A stretch of 58,294 nucleotides of DNA, taken from contig PHEO01000001.1 in assembly GCA_002841195.1 (NCBI GenBank), positions 1 to 58,294 of the forward strand. The letters are read 5' to 3'. The position numbers and the translations under genes were made by a program. A model generated the notes under the pieces. That model worked only from the letters and a program-made list of their open reading frames with translations. It had not been told where the DNA came from and ran no database searches. This DNA comes from Alphaproteobacteria bacterium HGW-Alphaproteobacteria-11 (GTDB lineage: Bacteria; Pseudomonadota; Alphaproteobacteria; Parvibaculales; Parvibaculaceae). The stretch's first letter is position 1. The number at the start of each line of letters is the position of its first letter. Below, one piece after another: positions 9,148 through 17,641 of the stretch.

Positions 9148-10841
9148 GCGGCGGCCTCGCTGGCGGCTTGCGTGTCGAAGGCGCGGGTCGTTTCGGCAAT
9201 TTCGCGCGCCGTCACGGTTTCGTCCCAGCCAAGCTCGCGGCGCATCAGTTCGGCGGCGCGCGCGATGACATCGGGGCCGGGATGGCCGAGCGTGCCGAGG
9301 CCGGTGCGGCGGAAGACGACATCGGCCAGATGCCGCGCCATTTCGTGGCGCACCGCATGCACCACCTGTGCGCCGATCTCGGCGACGTTGGGCCCGAGCC
9401 GGCGCAACAATTCCTCGCTCTCGCCCTGGCGCTCGCTTGCGGTTGCCAGCACCTCGTCGATGCGGCTGCCATAGAAGTCGACGAGGTTTTCCACCACATC
9501 GCCCGGCAGATGCGCGTGACGCAGTTTCGCGCGCGCGACGAAACTCTTCAACCGGCCGATCTCGCCACCATAGACCGGCGTGCAATGCGTTTCGCATTTC
9601 GCCGTCTTGCCGAGCTTCTTCAGCGCGAGGTCCACCACCTGTTCGGCAAGGTGGCGCGAGGTCGTCCATTTGCCGCCGATGGCCGACACCAGCCCCTCGA
9701 TCGCTTCTTCAGGCGCGTGGTCGTAGACCTCCGCCGCACGGCTCGCGTTGTATGAGTCCTTCTTGCCGTCCTCGCCCGCCACCTGCGGCGTCGTGTCGAC
9801 CAGCGGGCGCAGGCCGACATAGAAATGCAGCACATCCGCGCGCGTCAGGTTCAGCCCCGGCAGCCCGTCATTCACGACGCGCAGGAAATCGGCAATGTCC
9901 TTTTCGGTCACGCCGGCCTTGTCGGGCTCCTCCTCGAACACGGTGTCGGTCGTGCCGATAATGGTGTGGCCGCGCCACGGGATGACGAAGAAGTGCCCGC
10001 CGATCTTCGACTTGATCGCCAGCGCGTTTTCGCCGGTCAGCGCGCGGGTGATGATGTGAATGCCCTTCGAGCGGATCAGACGGCGGGCCGGCGTGTCGTC
10101 GGCAAAGCCCATCAGCTTGTCGGCCCAGGGCCCGGCGGCGTTCACCACCACCTTGCCGCGCACGCGATGCGTCTCGCCGGTCAGCCGGTCGCTGACGGTG
10201 ACGCCCTTGATGCGCACGCCGTTCCCCATCGCCGCCTCGCTGTCGAAGCCGGTGACCTCGGCATAGTTCGCGGCGTCGGCGCCATATTCGACCGCGCCTT
10301 CGATACATTCGAGGCAGAGGCGTTCGGGCGCGAACATCTGGCAATCGTAATAGAGCATCGCGCCGGTGAGGTTCTCGCGCGGCAGCGACGGCACGAGGTC
10401 GAGCGCCTTGCCTTTCGACAGGCGCCTGAAGCCCGGCAGCTTCTTGTCGTCGTCGGAAAGCCAGTTGCGGTCGAAGGAAAGCAGGTCGTAAAGCGCCAGC
10501 CCGATCGACATCACGATCGGTCCCGACATGCCCCAGCCATAAGTCGGCAGCACGAAGGGCAGCGGATGCACCATATGCGGCGCGTTGTTTTCCCAGCGGC
10601 GGCGCTCGCGCAGGCTTTCGCGCACCAGCTTCAATTCGCCGTTGACCAGATAGCGCAGCCCGCCATGCACCAGCTTCGACGATCCCGCCGTCGTCGCATG
10701 GGCGAAGTCGTCCTTTTCGAGCAGCGCCACTTTCAGGCCCCGGAGCGCCGCGTCCCAGGCCACGCTGGCGCCGGTGATGCCGCCGCCCACCACCACGAGG
10801 TCGTATTCGGTCGCACTCATGGCGTGGAGATCGCGCTGCAT
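9144..10841 (-). CDS. glpD: FAD-dependent glycerol-3-phosphate dehydrogenase/oxidase
   Basis: VGGGITGA, SSKLVHGGLRYL, NAAGPW, GTTD, GLRPL, GGKWTT, RRT motifs. Confidence 0.9.
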   Translation of the reverse strand: MQRDLHAMSATEYDLVVVGGGITGASVAWDAALRGLKVALLEKDDFAHATTAGSSKLVHGGLRYLVNGELKLVRESLRERRRWENNAPHMVHPLPFVLPTYGWGMSGPIVMSIGLALYDLLSFDRNWLSDDDKKLPGFRRLSKGKALDLVPSLPRENLTGAMLYYDCQMFAPERLCLECIEGAVEYGADAANYAEVTGFDSEAAMGNGVRIKGVTVSDRLTGETHRVRGKVVVNAAGPWADKLMGFADDTPARRLIRSKGIHIITRALTGENALAIKSKIGGHFFVIPWRGHTIIGTTDTVFEEEPDKAGVTEKDIADFLRVVNDGLPGLNLTRADVLHFYVGLRPLVDTTPQVAGEDGKKDSYNASRAAEVYDHAPEEAIEGLVSAIGGKWTTSRHLAEQVVDLALKKLGKTAKCETHCTPVYGGEIGRLKSFVARAKLRHAHLPGDVVENLVDFYGSRIDEVLATASERQGESEELLRRLGPNVAEIGAQVVHAVRHEMARHLADVVFRRTGLGTLGHPGPDVIARAAELMRRELGWDETVTAREIAETTRAFDTQAASEAAA

Positions 10842-10935
10842 CTTGTCGTTATCCGCTGATTGGCCCCGAGGATCGCGAGGCTAGCCGGACGGGGCGTGAG
10901 GGTCCAGCCCGCCGGACGTTGCGGCATTTCGGGCG

Positions 10936-11586
10936 TCAGCCCCGCTTCTTCAGCCCTGCCTGCCGCATCCGCCATTTCAGGTGCTCGAAGCGGTCCTGGC
11001 CGAAAAAAGGTTCGCCCTCGAAGACCATCAGCGGTACGCCCCAATGGCCGGCGGCCTTCTGCGCCGCCTCGTTGCCGGCGATGACGGCCTCCAGCCGGTC
11101 TTTCTCCTTCTCGGCGGTCGTGTCCAGTTCGTCCATGTCGAGCCCGGCGCGGGTGGCGGCGCCGCGCAGATGATTGCCCTCGTGCCAGTTTCTTGTGCCA
11201 CCGAAAATCAGGCTCGAGACCTCGTTGAGGAAGGCAAGCCCCTTTCCCCGTTCGGCTGCCAGCGCGCCCGCCCGCGTCAGCCGGTGGATATGGGGCTGCT
11301 CCTTCGGCACCGTGCCCGATTTCATGTCCATGACGATCGGGTCGGGCGAGGGCCAGACATAGGGCATGCCCTCCATCTCGGCGACACGGGCCGTGTCCTT
11401 CAGGAGATAAGGCGGCCACATCGGATTGACCTGCTTGAAGAAGCCCTCGATCCTGACCGCGATCGGATAAACAGGGCGCACATTGGCCTGCACGTTGTAG
11501 TCGCGCTCGAAGGCCACGAGCCGCGGCGTCACCAGATAGGAATAGGGCGAGCGGAACGACCAGAAAACATCGTAGGTCAGCGTCAT
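10936..11586 (-). CDS. 2-hydroxychromene-2-carboxylate isomerase / kappa-GST (DsbA-like) family
   Basis: FWSFRSPYSY at N-terminus and WGVP...EPFFGQDR at C-terminus. Confidence 0.88.
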   Translation of the reverse strand: MTLTYDVFWSFRSPYSYLVTPRLVAFERDYNVQANVRPVYPIAVRIEGFFKQVNPMWPPYLLKDTARVAEMEGMPYVWPSPDPIVMDMKSGTVPKEQPHIHRLTRAGALAAERGKGLAFLNEVSSLIFGGTRNWHEGNHLRGAATRAGLDMDELDTTAEKEKDRLEAVIAGNEAAQKAAGHWGVPLMVFEGEPFFGQDRFEHLKWRMRQAGLKKRG

Positions 11587-11723
11587 GGCGGGGCTTCCTC
11601 TCTTGCCTGCCTCTCCGGACAGGTTTTTAATGAAATTCATTAGTACCGTTGGGGATGCGCGCGGCGCAAGGCCGCTGTTAGAGTTGGGCCAACAAGCAAA
11701 AGAACCACAGGGAGGACACTACC

Positions 11724-12635
11724 ATGCCGCAGATCAAGGCGAACGGCATCGACATCGAATATGAAAGCTTCGGCCCGGAAGATCGCGAGACCGTGTTGCT
11801 GATCATGGGTTTCAGCGCCCAGCTCACCATGTGGCCGGTCGAGCTTTGCGACGAGCTCGTCAAGCGCGGCTACCGCGTCATCCGCTTTGACAACCGCGAT
11901 GTCGGGCTTTCCTCCAAGCTCGCGGACAAGGGCATCCCCGATATGGAGAAGCTCTTCGGCGCGCTGATGACAGGAGCTGCGGTCGAGGCGCCTTATTCGC
12001 TCGACGACATGGCGGCGGACGCCGCCGGTCTTCTCGACGCGCTCGGCGTCGACCGCGCGCATATCGTCGGCGCCTCGATGGGCGGCATGATCGCGCAGCT
12101 CGTCGCCGCCAATCATCCGGGCAAAACGCTGTCGCTCACCTCCATCATGTCGACCACCGGCAATCCCGATCTGCCGCAGGGTACGCCGGAAGCGATGGGC
12201 GCACTGCTCGCGCCGGCGCCGGCGCCCGACGACATCGAGGCGATCGTCCAGCGCGGCATTCACACATGGAAGACGATCGGCAGTCCCGGCTATCCGACCG
12301 ACGATGCGCAGCTCCGCCAATGGGTCATGCGCGACGCGAAGCGCAGCTTTTATCCGGAAGGCGTCACGCGGCAATTTGCGGCCATCGTCTCGAATGGCGA
12401 CCGGCGGCCGAAGCTGAAGAACATCAAGGCGCCGACCGTCGTGCTGCATGGCGCGGACGATCCGCTGGTGCGCCCGGACGGCGCCCGCGATACGGCCGCA
12501 AACATTGCGGGCGCCGAATTGCGTCTCATCCCCGGCATGGGCCACGATTTCCCGCTGGCGCTGGTGCCGACATTCGCCGATGCCGTCGAGGCGGCCGCGA
12601 AGCGCGCCTCCGGCGTTTCGCGCGCGGCGGATTGA
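11724..12635 (+). CDS. Alpha/beta fold hydrolase
   Basis: FDNRDVGLS, GASMGG, HGADDPLV, GMGHD; SD GGGAGG. Confidence 0.92.
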   Translation: MPQIKANGIDIEYESFGPEDRETVLLIMGFSAQLTMWPVELCDELVKRGYRVIRFDNRDVGLSSKLADKGIPDMEKLFGALMTGAAVEAPYSLDDMAADAAGLLDALGVDRAHIVGASMGGMIAQLVAANHPGKTLSLTSIMSTTGNPDLPQGTPEAMGALLAPAPAPDDIEAIVQRGIHTWKTIGSPGYPTDDAQLRQWVMRDAKRSFYPEGVTRQFAAIVSNGDRRPKLKNIKAPTVVLHGADDPLVRPDGARDTAANIAGAELRLIPGMGHDFPLALVPTFADAVEAAAKRASGVSRAAD

Positions 12636-12639
12636 TCCC

Positions 12640-13545
12640 ATGACGCAGAAAATCGTCAAGGCCAACGGCATCTCGATCAATTGCGAGGACCGGGGGCCGG
12701 CCGACGGCACTCCGATCCTTTTCGTCAACGGCTACACCTCGACCATGATGAGCTGGCCCGAGGAGCTGATGGAGGGCTTGCGGGCCGAAGGCTTCCGCGT
12801 CATCCGCTACGACAACCGCGATGTCGGCAAGTCGGAGAAGTTTTCCGGCCTGCCGAAAGCCGCCGATGTCGTGGCGGCGGTGCGCGAGGGCAAGAAACCC
12901 GACATGCCCTACACGCTTGCCGACATGGCGGCGGACGGCATCGGCGTACTCGACGCACTCGGCATCGGCCGCGCGCATATCATGGGCATCTCGATGGGCG
13001 GCATGATCGTGCAGCGCATGGCGATCCATTTCCCCGAGCGGTTGCTTTCCGTCACCTCCATCATGTCGTCGACCGGCAATCCCGATCTGCCGCAGGCGAG
13101 CGAGGCGGCGATGAAGGCCTTGCAGGAACAGCCGGCCTCGGAAGACCGCGAAACCGTAATCCGCCACCGCATGAAGGGCCGCCGCGTCTATCAGAGCCCG
13201 GCTTATCCGATGAGCGACGAGGCGCTTTATGCGCGCTGCGCGCGGGAATACGACCACATGTATTACCCCGAAGGCGGGGTGCGCCAGTATGCGGCGATCA
13301 TGGGCGACGGGAGCCGCGTCGAGGCATTGCAAAAAGTCCGCGTCCCGTTCCTCGTCATTCACGGCGATGCCGACCCGCTGGTGCGGCCGGAAGGCGGCGC
13401 CGACACCGCGAAGTCGGTGCCCGGCGCCAAACATGTCGTGATCGAAGGCATGGGCCACGACCTGCCGGTCGAACTCTGCCCGCGTTACGTCGAACTGATC
13501 GCCACCCACGCCCGCGCGGCGGAGCGAAAAGCAGCGGCGGAGTAG
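12640..13545 (+). CDS. Alpha/beta fold hydrolase (tandem paralog of preceding gene)
   Basis: YDNRDVGKS, GISMGG, HGDADPLV, GMGHD. Confidence 0.92.
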   Translation: MTQKIVKANGISINCEDRGPADGTPILFVNGYTSTMMSWPEELMEGLRAEGFRVIRYDNRDVGKSEKFSGLPKAADVVAAVREGKKPDMPYTLADMAADGIGVLDALGIGRAHIMGISMGGMIVQRMAIHFPERLLSVTSIMSSTGNPDLPQASEAAMKALQEQPASEDRETVIRHRMKGRRVYQSPAYPMSDEALYARCAREYDHMYYPEGGVRQYAAIMGDGSRVEALQKVRVPFLVIHGDADPLVRPEGGADTAKSVPGAKHVVIEGMGHDLPVELCPRYVELIATHARAAERKAAAE

Positions 13546-13563
13546 GGAAGGCTCGCCCTTTCG

Positions 13564-14952
13564 TCAGACGACAAATGCCGATTTCACTCCGATTGCAGGA
13601 TCGCTTTCGAACATCGCTTCCAGGTTCGCGCGCAACGTGGCCTTCGCGTTCTGGCTCGGGAGTGCCGATCTGATCTGCGGCAGCAGCGACTGCGTGGCGC
13701 CGCTGTGTGCCACAAGAACGGCGCGCAATGCCATGCCGGTGGCAAGAAAATGCTGAATGCGGGGCAGGCAATCCAGAAGCCTCTCCAGGTTCTGCGTCCC
13801 GAATGTCCAGAGGTCTTCCGTACCATAGGAGGTCGCGCTGCCCGATGCGAAGGCCAGTCGCGACAGCCTTAGCCGCACATCTTCCAGAATGGCCTGCATG
13901 TATTTGGGCCATTGGATAAAGGCAAGGGGATCGTTTTCCACCGCGCCGTCGCGCGCGACACCCGGCAAATCGCCGCTAAGCAGATATGATGTACGACTGC
14001 CGACCGACCACAGCGCAAACAGGAGAGCCTCGACGACTGCGGTAGTGGCCACGGTCACCATGGGCGCGAGAAAAGACGCCTGCGACACAGGAGCTTCTGC
14101 ACCGAAGTTATTGACCATCAGCGGGTTTCCGGAGGGCTGCGACAAGGCGGCTTCGGTTTCGGCGGCCAGCGACGCGCATGCGTGATGCAGAGTGGCGGCA
14201 ATTTCCGGTATTGCCCGGAATGAAACCGGCAACTGGATGTCGTGGGCGCGCGGCTCGGTATCCCGGCTGATATACGCGAGCGTGGCCGCAAGATCGCCGC
14301 CGGCTCGTTCTTCTTCCGCCCTGAAGCTGAGACCGGTCAGGACCGCGTCCATGCGCAGCGTCTCCACGATCATCGCCCAGCTCGTCCGCAATTGGCTCAA
14401 CGTGTATGCGGAAAGTCCGGTGTGGACGAAGGAACCATTGATCAGGGCCATGCCCTCGCCGGGCTTGAGCTCGAACGCCGGGTCCCTGACTGCAATCGCG
14501 GCGAGGATGTCGCGCGCCCAATGTGCCGCGGGAATGACGTCGCCCGATGAATAGCTCGATCCCGAAGGTATCTGTGGCGCAAACGCCCCGTCTTCAGCGC
14601 AGCCAAGAAGTTTGCGATAGAGATCGCCGGAAACCAGCGATCCACCCGCCGCGATCTGATGCAGTTTGGCCAGCGTCATGCAGCGTGCCGCCACTGTCGG
14701 GTAGTAGGGCGCATCGCCGATCGCGTGGTTCTCGATGAGGTAGTATTGAAACCGGACGGCCTCTTCGGGTGGTACGCGCTCTTCGTCGCGATGGCCCGGA
14801 AACGTGTTGATGCCATAGATGGCGATATCCGGATTGGTCGCAATATATTGCTCGAGTGTTGCGCGGTCGGTCTCGACTTGCATTGCGGCGTTGGCGCAGG
14901 CGGTCGGCACAGCTCCCACCGCCGCACCGGCGATCAGGTCTTTCAGTATCAT
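13564..14952 (-). CDS. Divergent aromatic amino acid ammonia-lyase/aminomutase (HAL/PAL, MIO family)
   Basis: YGINTFPG, NHAIG, SSYSSGD (MIO site), EGMALING, SFR, GNP and TED align in order with HAL-family motifs; ATG overlaps upstream stop. Confidence 0.82.
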   Translation of the reverse strand: MILKDLIAGAAVGAVPTACANAAMQVETDRATLEQYIATNPDIAIYGINTFPGHRDEERVPPEEAVRFQYYLIENHAIGDAPYYPTVAARCMTLAKLHQIAAGGSLVSGDLYRKLLGCAEDGAFAPQIPSGSSYSSGDVIPAAHWARDILAAIAVRDPAFELKPGEGMALINGSFVHTGLSAYTLSQLRTSWAMIVETLRMDAVLTGLSFRAEEERAGGDLAATLAYISRDTEPRAHDIQLPVSFRAIPEIAATLHHACASLAAETEAALSQPSGNPLMVNNFGAEAPVSQASFLAPMVTVATTAVVEALLFALWSVGSRTSYLLSGDLPGVARDGAVENDPLAFIQWPKYMQAILEDVRLRLSRLAFASGSATSYGTEDLWTFGTQNLERLLDCLPRIQHFLATGMALRAVLVAHSGATQSLLPQIRSALPSQNAKATLRANLEAMFESDPAIGVKSAFVV

Positions 14953-16304
14953 GATCGGCGGCGCCTCTTGAACGCGTAGCCAGCCGCAATCAGCAATGCG
15001 GCCAGGATGACGATATTCATTACGAGATCGGCGGGTGCCTGCGACATCAGATCGAGGTATCCGGGCACTCCGTCGTCGGCGATATGACCATCTGATTGCG
15101 CCATCCAGATCGAATTGATCAGTACATCCATGACCTGCAGCCCGCCGATCAGCACGATGCCGGCTTGTAGCATCCGTTGGCGACGTTCCGTTCTCTCCTC
15201 GACGATTCGTCCAAGCTTTGCCGCAACGGACCGGCTTCGACCCTGCAGGTTTTCGATCAGCCGCGGCATGTCGAACACTTCGCACAGCTTGTCGGTGTAA
15301 ATCTTACGGTCGGACTGTAAGCCGAGGATGTAGTCGTCGAATTCGTTAAGAACCAACTCTGTGTAGGTTGCGACTTGATGTATCTTGCGTTCGAGAAATC
15401 GCAGGCGCGCCTCTCTCATGTCGGGGAATACCGAGTTGTGGACCCGGCGTTGCGAATCCTGAAGTGTATCCAGAAGTGTATAAAAATACTGGACGCGGAT
15501 ATTTGCTCTGACGAACTGGGCTGTGCGTGCCGCGGAAAGGAAGAAACTGCTTCCGACCTGCACCGTTTCACGCGGCCAATCCGCTCCGCGATGGTCTCTG
15601 TCCAGGCCAAGCCATATGGCTGCGTTGTTCGCTTCGATCTCGTTACCTTCGGTGGCTTCGATGGTTCGGTTGCACCAGAGCATGGTGTTCGGGAGCGAGC
15701 CGTCTCCCCGCTTGTCGAGAGCGATATCGTCGAAAACAACGTAGTTTTCCGGTTTGCGCAGCAGCGAAATGCGCCGTCCGCTGTCCGTCGTTGTCATGCT
15801 CTTGCGCAGAAGCGATACGATTCTCTGGACGACGGGTTGCATATGACTAGCGATGATATTCGACATCAGCGAAGATGTTAGCCGGTCCAGTGTTTCGGCG
15901 TCCGCGGCAGTCTCGATGGCTTCTACTTCAACATCAATCCGGACATGGCCCACGGCTATAGTGTTGTCGAAGACATAGAGTGTTGCGCTTGTGACGTCTG
16001 CCGAGCGCAGCTTGTCAAATGATGACACCATAACCTTCGTCATGTTGGCCATGGGTTTTGTCGGCAGTTCTATCTCAAAAAAAGGTGATGAGAAAACCGT
16101 TCCCAAGTCGTCTCCGAGCGATGCGAATTTCTGCATGCTTCCGTGTGTCGACTTGGGGGATGTTCGTGCTGCGATGCTACCCGATTTCTGCAACGTGGTG
16201 GCGACATTTTGAAGAGTTGTCTCAAGTGTGTCGGGGTGCGCAAGGAAGTATTCCGTATGCAGATTTATTAGAGTCCGGAATGGTGCGATGAGATGAACAA
16301 TCAT
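14949..16304 (-). CDS. Hypothetical membrane protein with CorA-like architecture (soluble domain, long helix, two C-terminal TM segments)
   Basis: About 451-aa ORF with non-host codon usage; hydrophobic segments MLQAGIVLIGGLQVMDVLINSIW and LVMNIVILAALLIAAGYAF followed by KRRRRS; start could be TTG at 16319. Confidence 0.75.
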   Translation of the reverse strand: MIVHLIAPFRTLINLHTEYFLAHPDTLETTLQNVATTLQKSGSIAARTSPKSTHGSMQKFASLGDDLGTVFSSPFFEIELPTKPMANMTKVMVSSFDKLRSADVTSATLYVFDNTIAVGHVRIDVEVEAIETAADAETLDRLTSSLMSNIIASHMQPVVQRIVSLLRKSMTTTDSGRRISLLRKPENYVVFDDIALDKRGDGSLPNTMLWCNRTIEATEGNEIEANNAAIWLGLDRDHRGADWPRETVQVGSSFFLSAARTAQFVRANIRVQYFYTLLDTLQDSQRRVHNSVFPDMREARLRFLERKIHQVATYTELVLNEFDDYILGLQSDRKIYTDKLCEVFDMPRLIENLQGRSRSVAAKLGRIVEERTERRQRMLQAGIVLIGGLQVMDVLINSIWMAQSDGHIADDGVPGYLDLMSQAPADLVMNIVILAALLIAAGYAFKRRRRS

Positions 16305-16388
16305 GTGCGACCCTGCCAAAGTGACAATTCGGAGCGTCCGTCATTCTCCGTACAACTGCAGAAGCCTACCGCTCTCGAAATGCGAATC

Positions 16389-16421
16389 AAAGGAAAAGCG
16401 CCCGGATGGGACCGGACGCTT
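16389..16421 (-). terminator. Probable intrinsic terminator of the SDR gene
   Basis: Minus strand AAGCGTCCGG-TCCCAT-CCGGGCGCTT followed by TTCCTTT. Confidence 0.65.
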
Positions 16422-16444
16422 CCATTTTTGACGGCTTTGGCGGT

Positions 16445-17212
16445 TCAAACCTCCGCCGAGCCGCCGTCCACGGGAATGGTCGCACCCGTCGTATAGGCGC
16501 TCGCCCGTGAGGCGAGGAAGATCGCCACACCGGCCGCGTCTTCCGGCGTGCCGATGCGGCCTAGAGGGTTACCGGCCTTGATCGCGTCGCCGAAGCTTTC
16601 CAGCGTCGCCTTCATCATCTGGCTCGGGAAGGGGCCGGGCGCGATCGCATTGACGAGAATGTGTTCGCGCGCGAGCCGCTTGGCGAGATGCCGCGTCAGC
16701 ATGATGCAGCCGGCCTTGGACGACGAATAGGCATAGGTCTCAAGCTCCGGCGGCTCGATGCCGTTGACGGATGCGGTGTTGATGACGCGGGCGGGATTGT
16801 CGGCGCTGGCGGACGCACGCAGCAGCGGCAGCATCGCCTGCGTCAGGAAGAACACGCCCTTCAGGTTGATGTTCATCACCTTGTCCCAGCCGCTCTCCGA
16901 ATATTCGTCGATCGGCTCGCCCCAGGCCGCGCCCGCATTGTTGATCAGCACGTCGAGCTTTTTCTCGCGCTTGGCCAATTCGGCCGCAATGCCCTTGATG
17001 CCTTCGCTCGTGCCGAGGTCGAAGGGCAGCGAAATGCAGGTGCCTTTCTTCGACAGTTCTTCGGCCAGTTCGTTGCAGGCCTGCGCCTTGCGCGCGGTGA
17101 TGTAGACCTTCGCGCCGTTTTCCACGAAGCCGGTCGCGATCATTTCGCCGATGCCGCGCGAGCCGCCGGTGATGAGGACCGTCTTGCCCTCGACGCTGAA
17201 CAGATTTTTCAT
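16445..17212 (-). CDS. SDR oxidoreductase (3-oxoacyl-ACP reductase/RhlG-like)
   Basis: TGGSRGIG, NNAG, YSSSK, NAIAPG, VDGG motifs. Confidence 0.93.
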   Translation of the reverse strand: MKNLFSVEGKTVLITGGSRGIGEMIATGFVENGAKVYITARKAQACNELAEELSKKGTCISLPFDLGTSEGIKGIAAELAKREKKLDVLINNAGAAWGEPIDEYSESGWDKVMNINLKGVFFLTQAMLPLLRASASADNPARVINTASVNGIEPPELETYAYSSSKAGCIMLTRHLAKRLAREHILVNAIAPGPFPSQMMKATLESFGDAIKAGNPLGRIGTPEDAAGVAIFLASRASAYTTGATIPVDGGSAEV

Positions 17213-17292
17213 GTGCGTTTCCCCCGTTGAGATTTCGATGGCGCGAAAGCTAGCGGACGCAGGGGAAATGGGCAAATACTGAAGAAGGGTTT

Positions 17293-17576
17293 GCACGCGA
17301 AGACGCGAAGGCGCGAAGAAGGAAGAAAGAAAGGTTTTTGCACGCAGAGGCGCAGAGGGGCCGCATCTGCGGCAAGGCACTGCGTCTCTGCAACCGGATG
17401 TGTCATCCCGGCGCAAGCCGGGATCCATGGGTCGAGCCGCAGCAAAGAAAGAGTAGGTTTTCTGGCGCTTCGCGCCGAAGGCGCAGTCGCTACAGCGATT
17501 AAGGCACGGCCGGGGCCACACATTCAGCGCCTCTGCGTGAACCCCTTCTTCTTCGCGTCTTCGCGCCTTCGCGTGC
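17293..17576. repeat. Nested intergenic inverted repeats of 9-bp CGCGAAG(A/G) and CGCAGAGG units around a REP-like hairpin
   Basis: GCACGCGAAGACGCGAAGGCGCGAAGAAG (17293) is nearly the reverse complement of 17548-17576; CACGCAGAGGCGC (17341) pairs with GCGCCTCTGCGTG (17527-17539). Confidence 0.85.
17401..17428 (+). repeat. REP-like palindrome of the (C/T)GTC-tagged family
   Basis: TGTC-ATCCCGGC-GCAA-GCCGGGAT-CCAT. Confidence 0.85.
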
Positions 17577-17589
17577 CAGACCTTCCTTC

Positions 17590-17620
17590 AAAAAAAAGGG
17601 CGCCCCGAAGGACGCCCTTT
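17590..17620 (-). terminator. Intrinsic terminator of the acyl-CoA dehydrogenase gene
   Basis: AAAAAAAAGGGCGCCC-CGAA-GGACGCCCTTT hairpin; poly-T on the minus strand. Confidence 0.85.
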
Positions 17621-17641
17621 CCGTATTCCGAAAAACAAGCC

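Noticed and set aside
13564-14952. Annotation as hutH (histidine utilisation)
   Set aside because: No other hut genes nearby and several conserved active-site motifs are altered, so the gene symbol was withheld.
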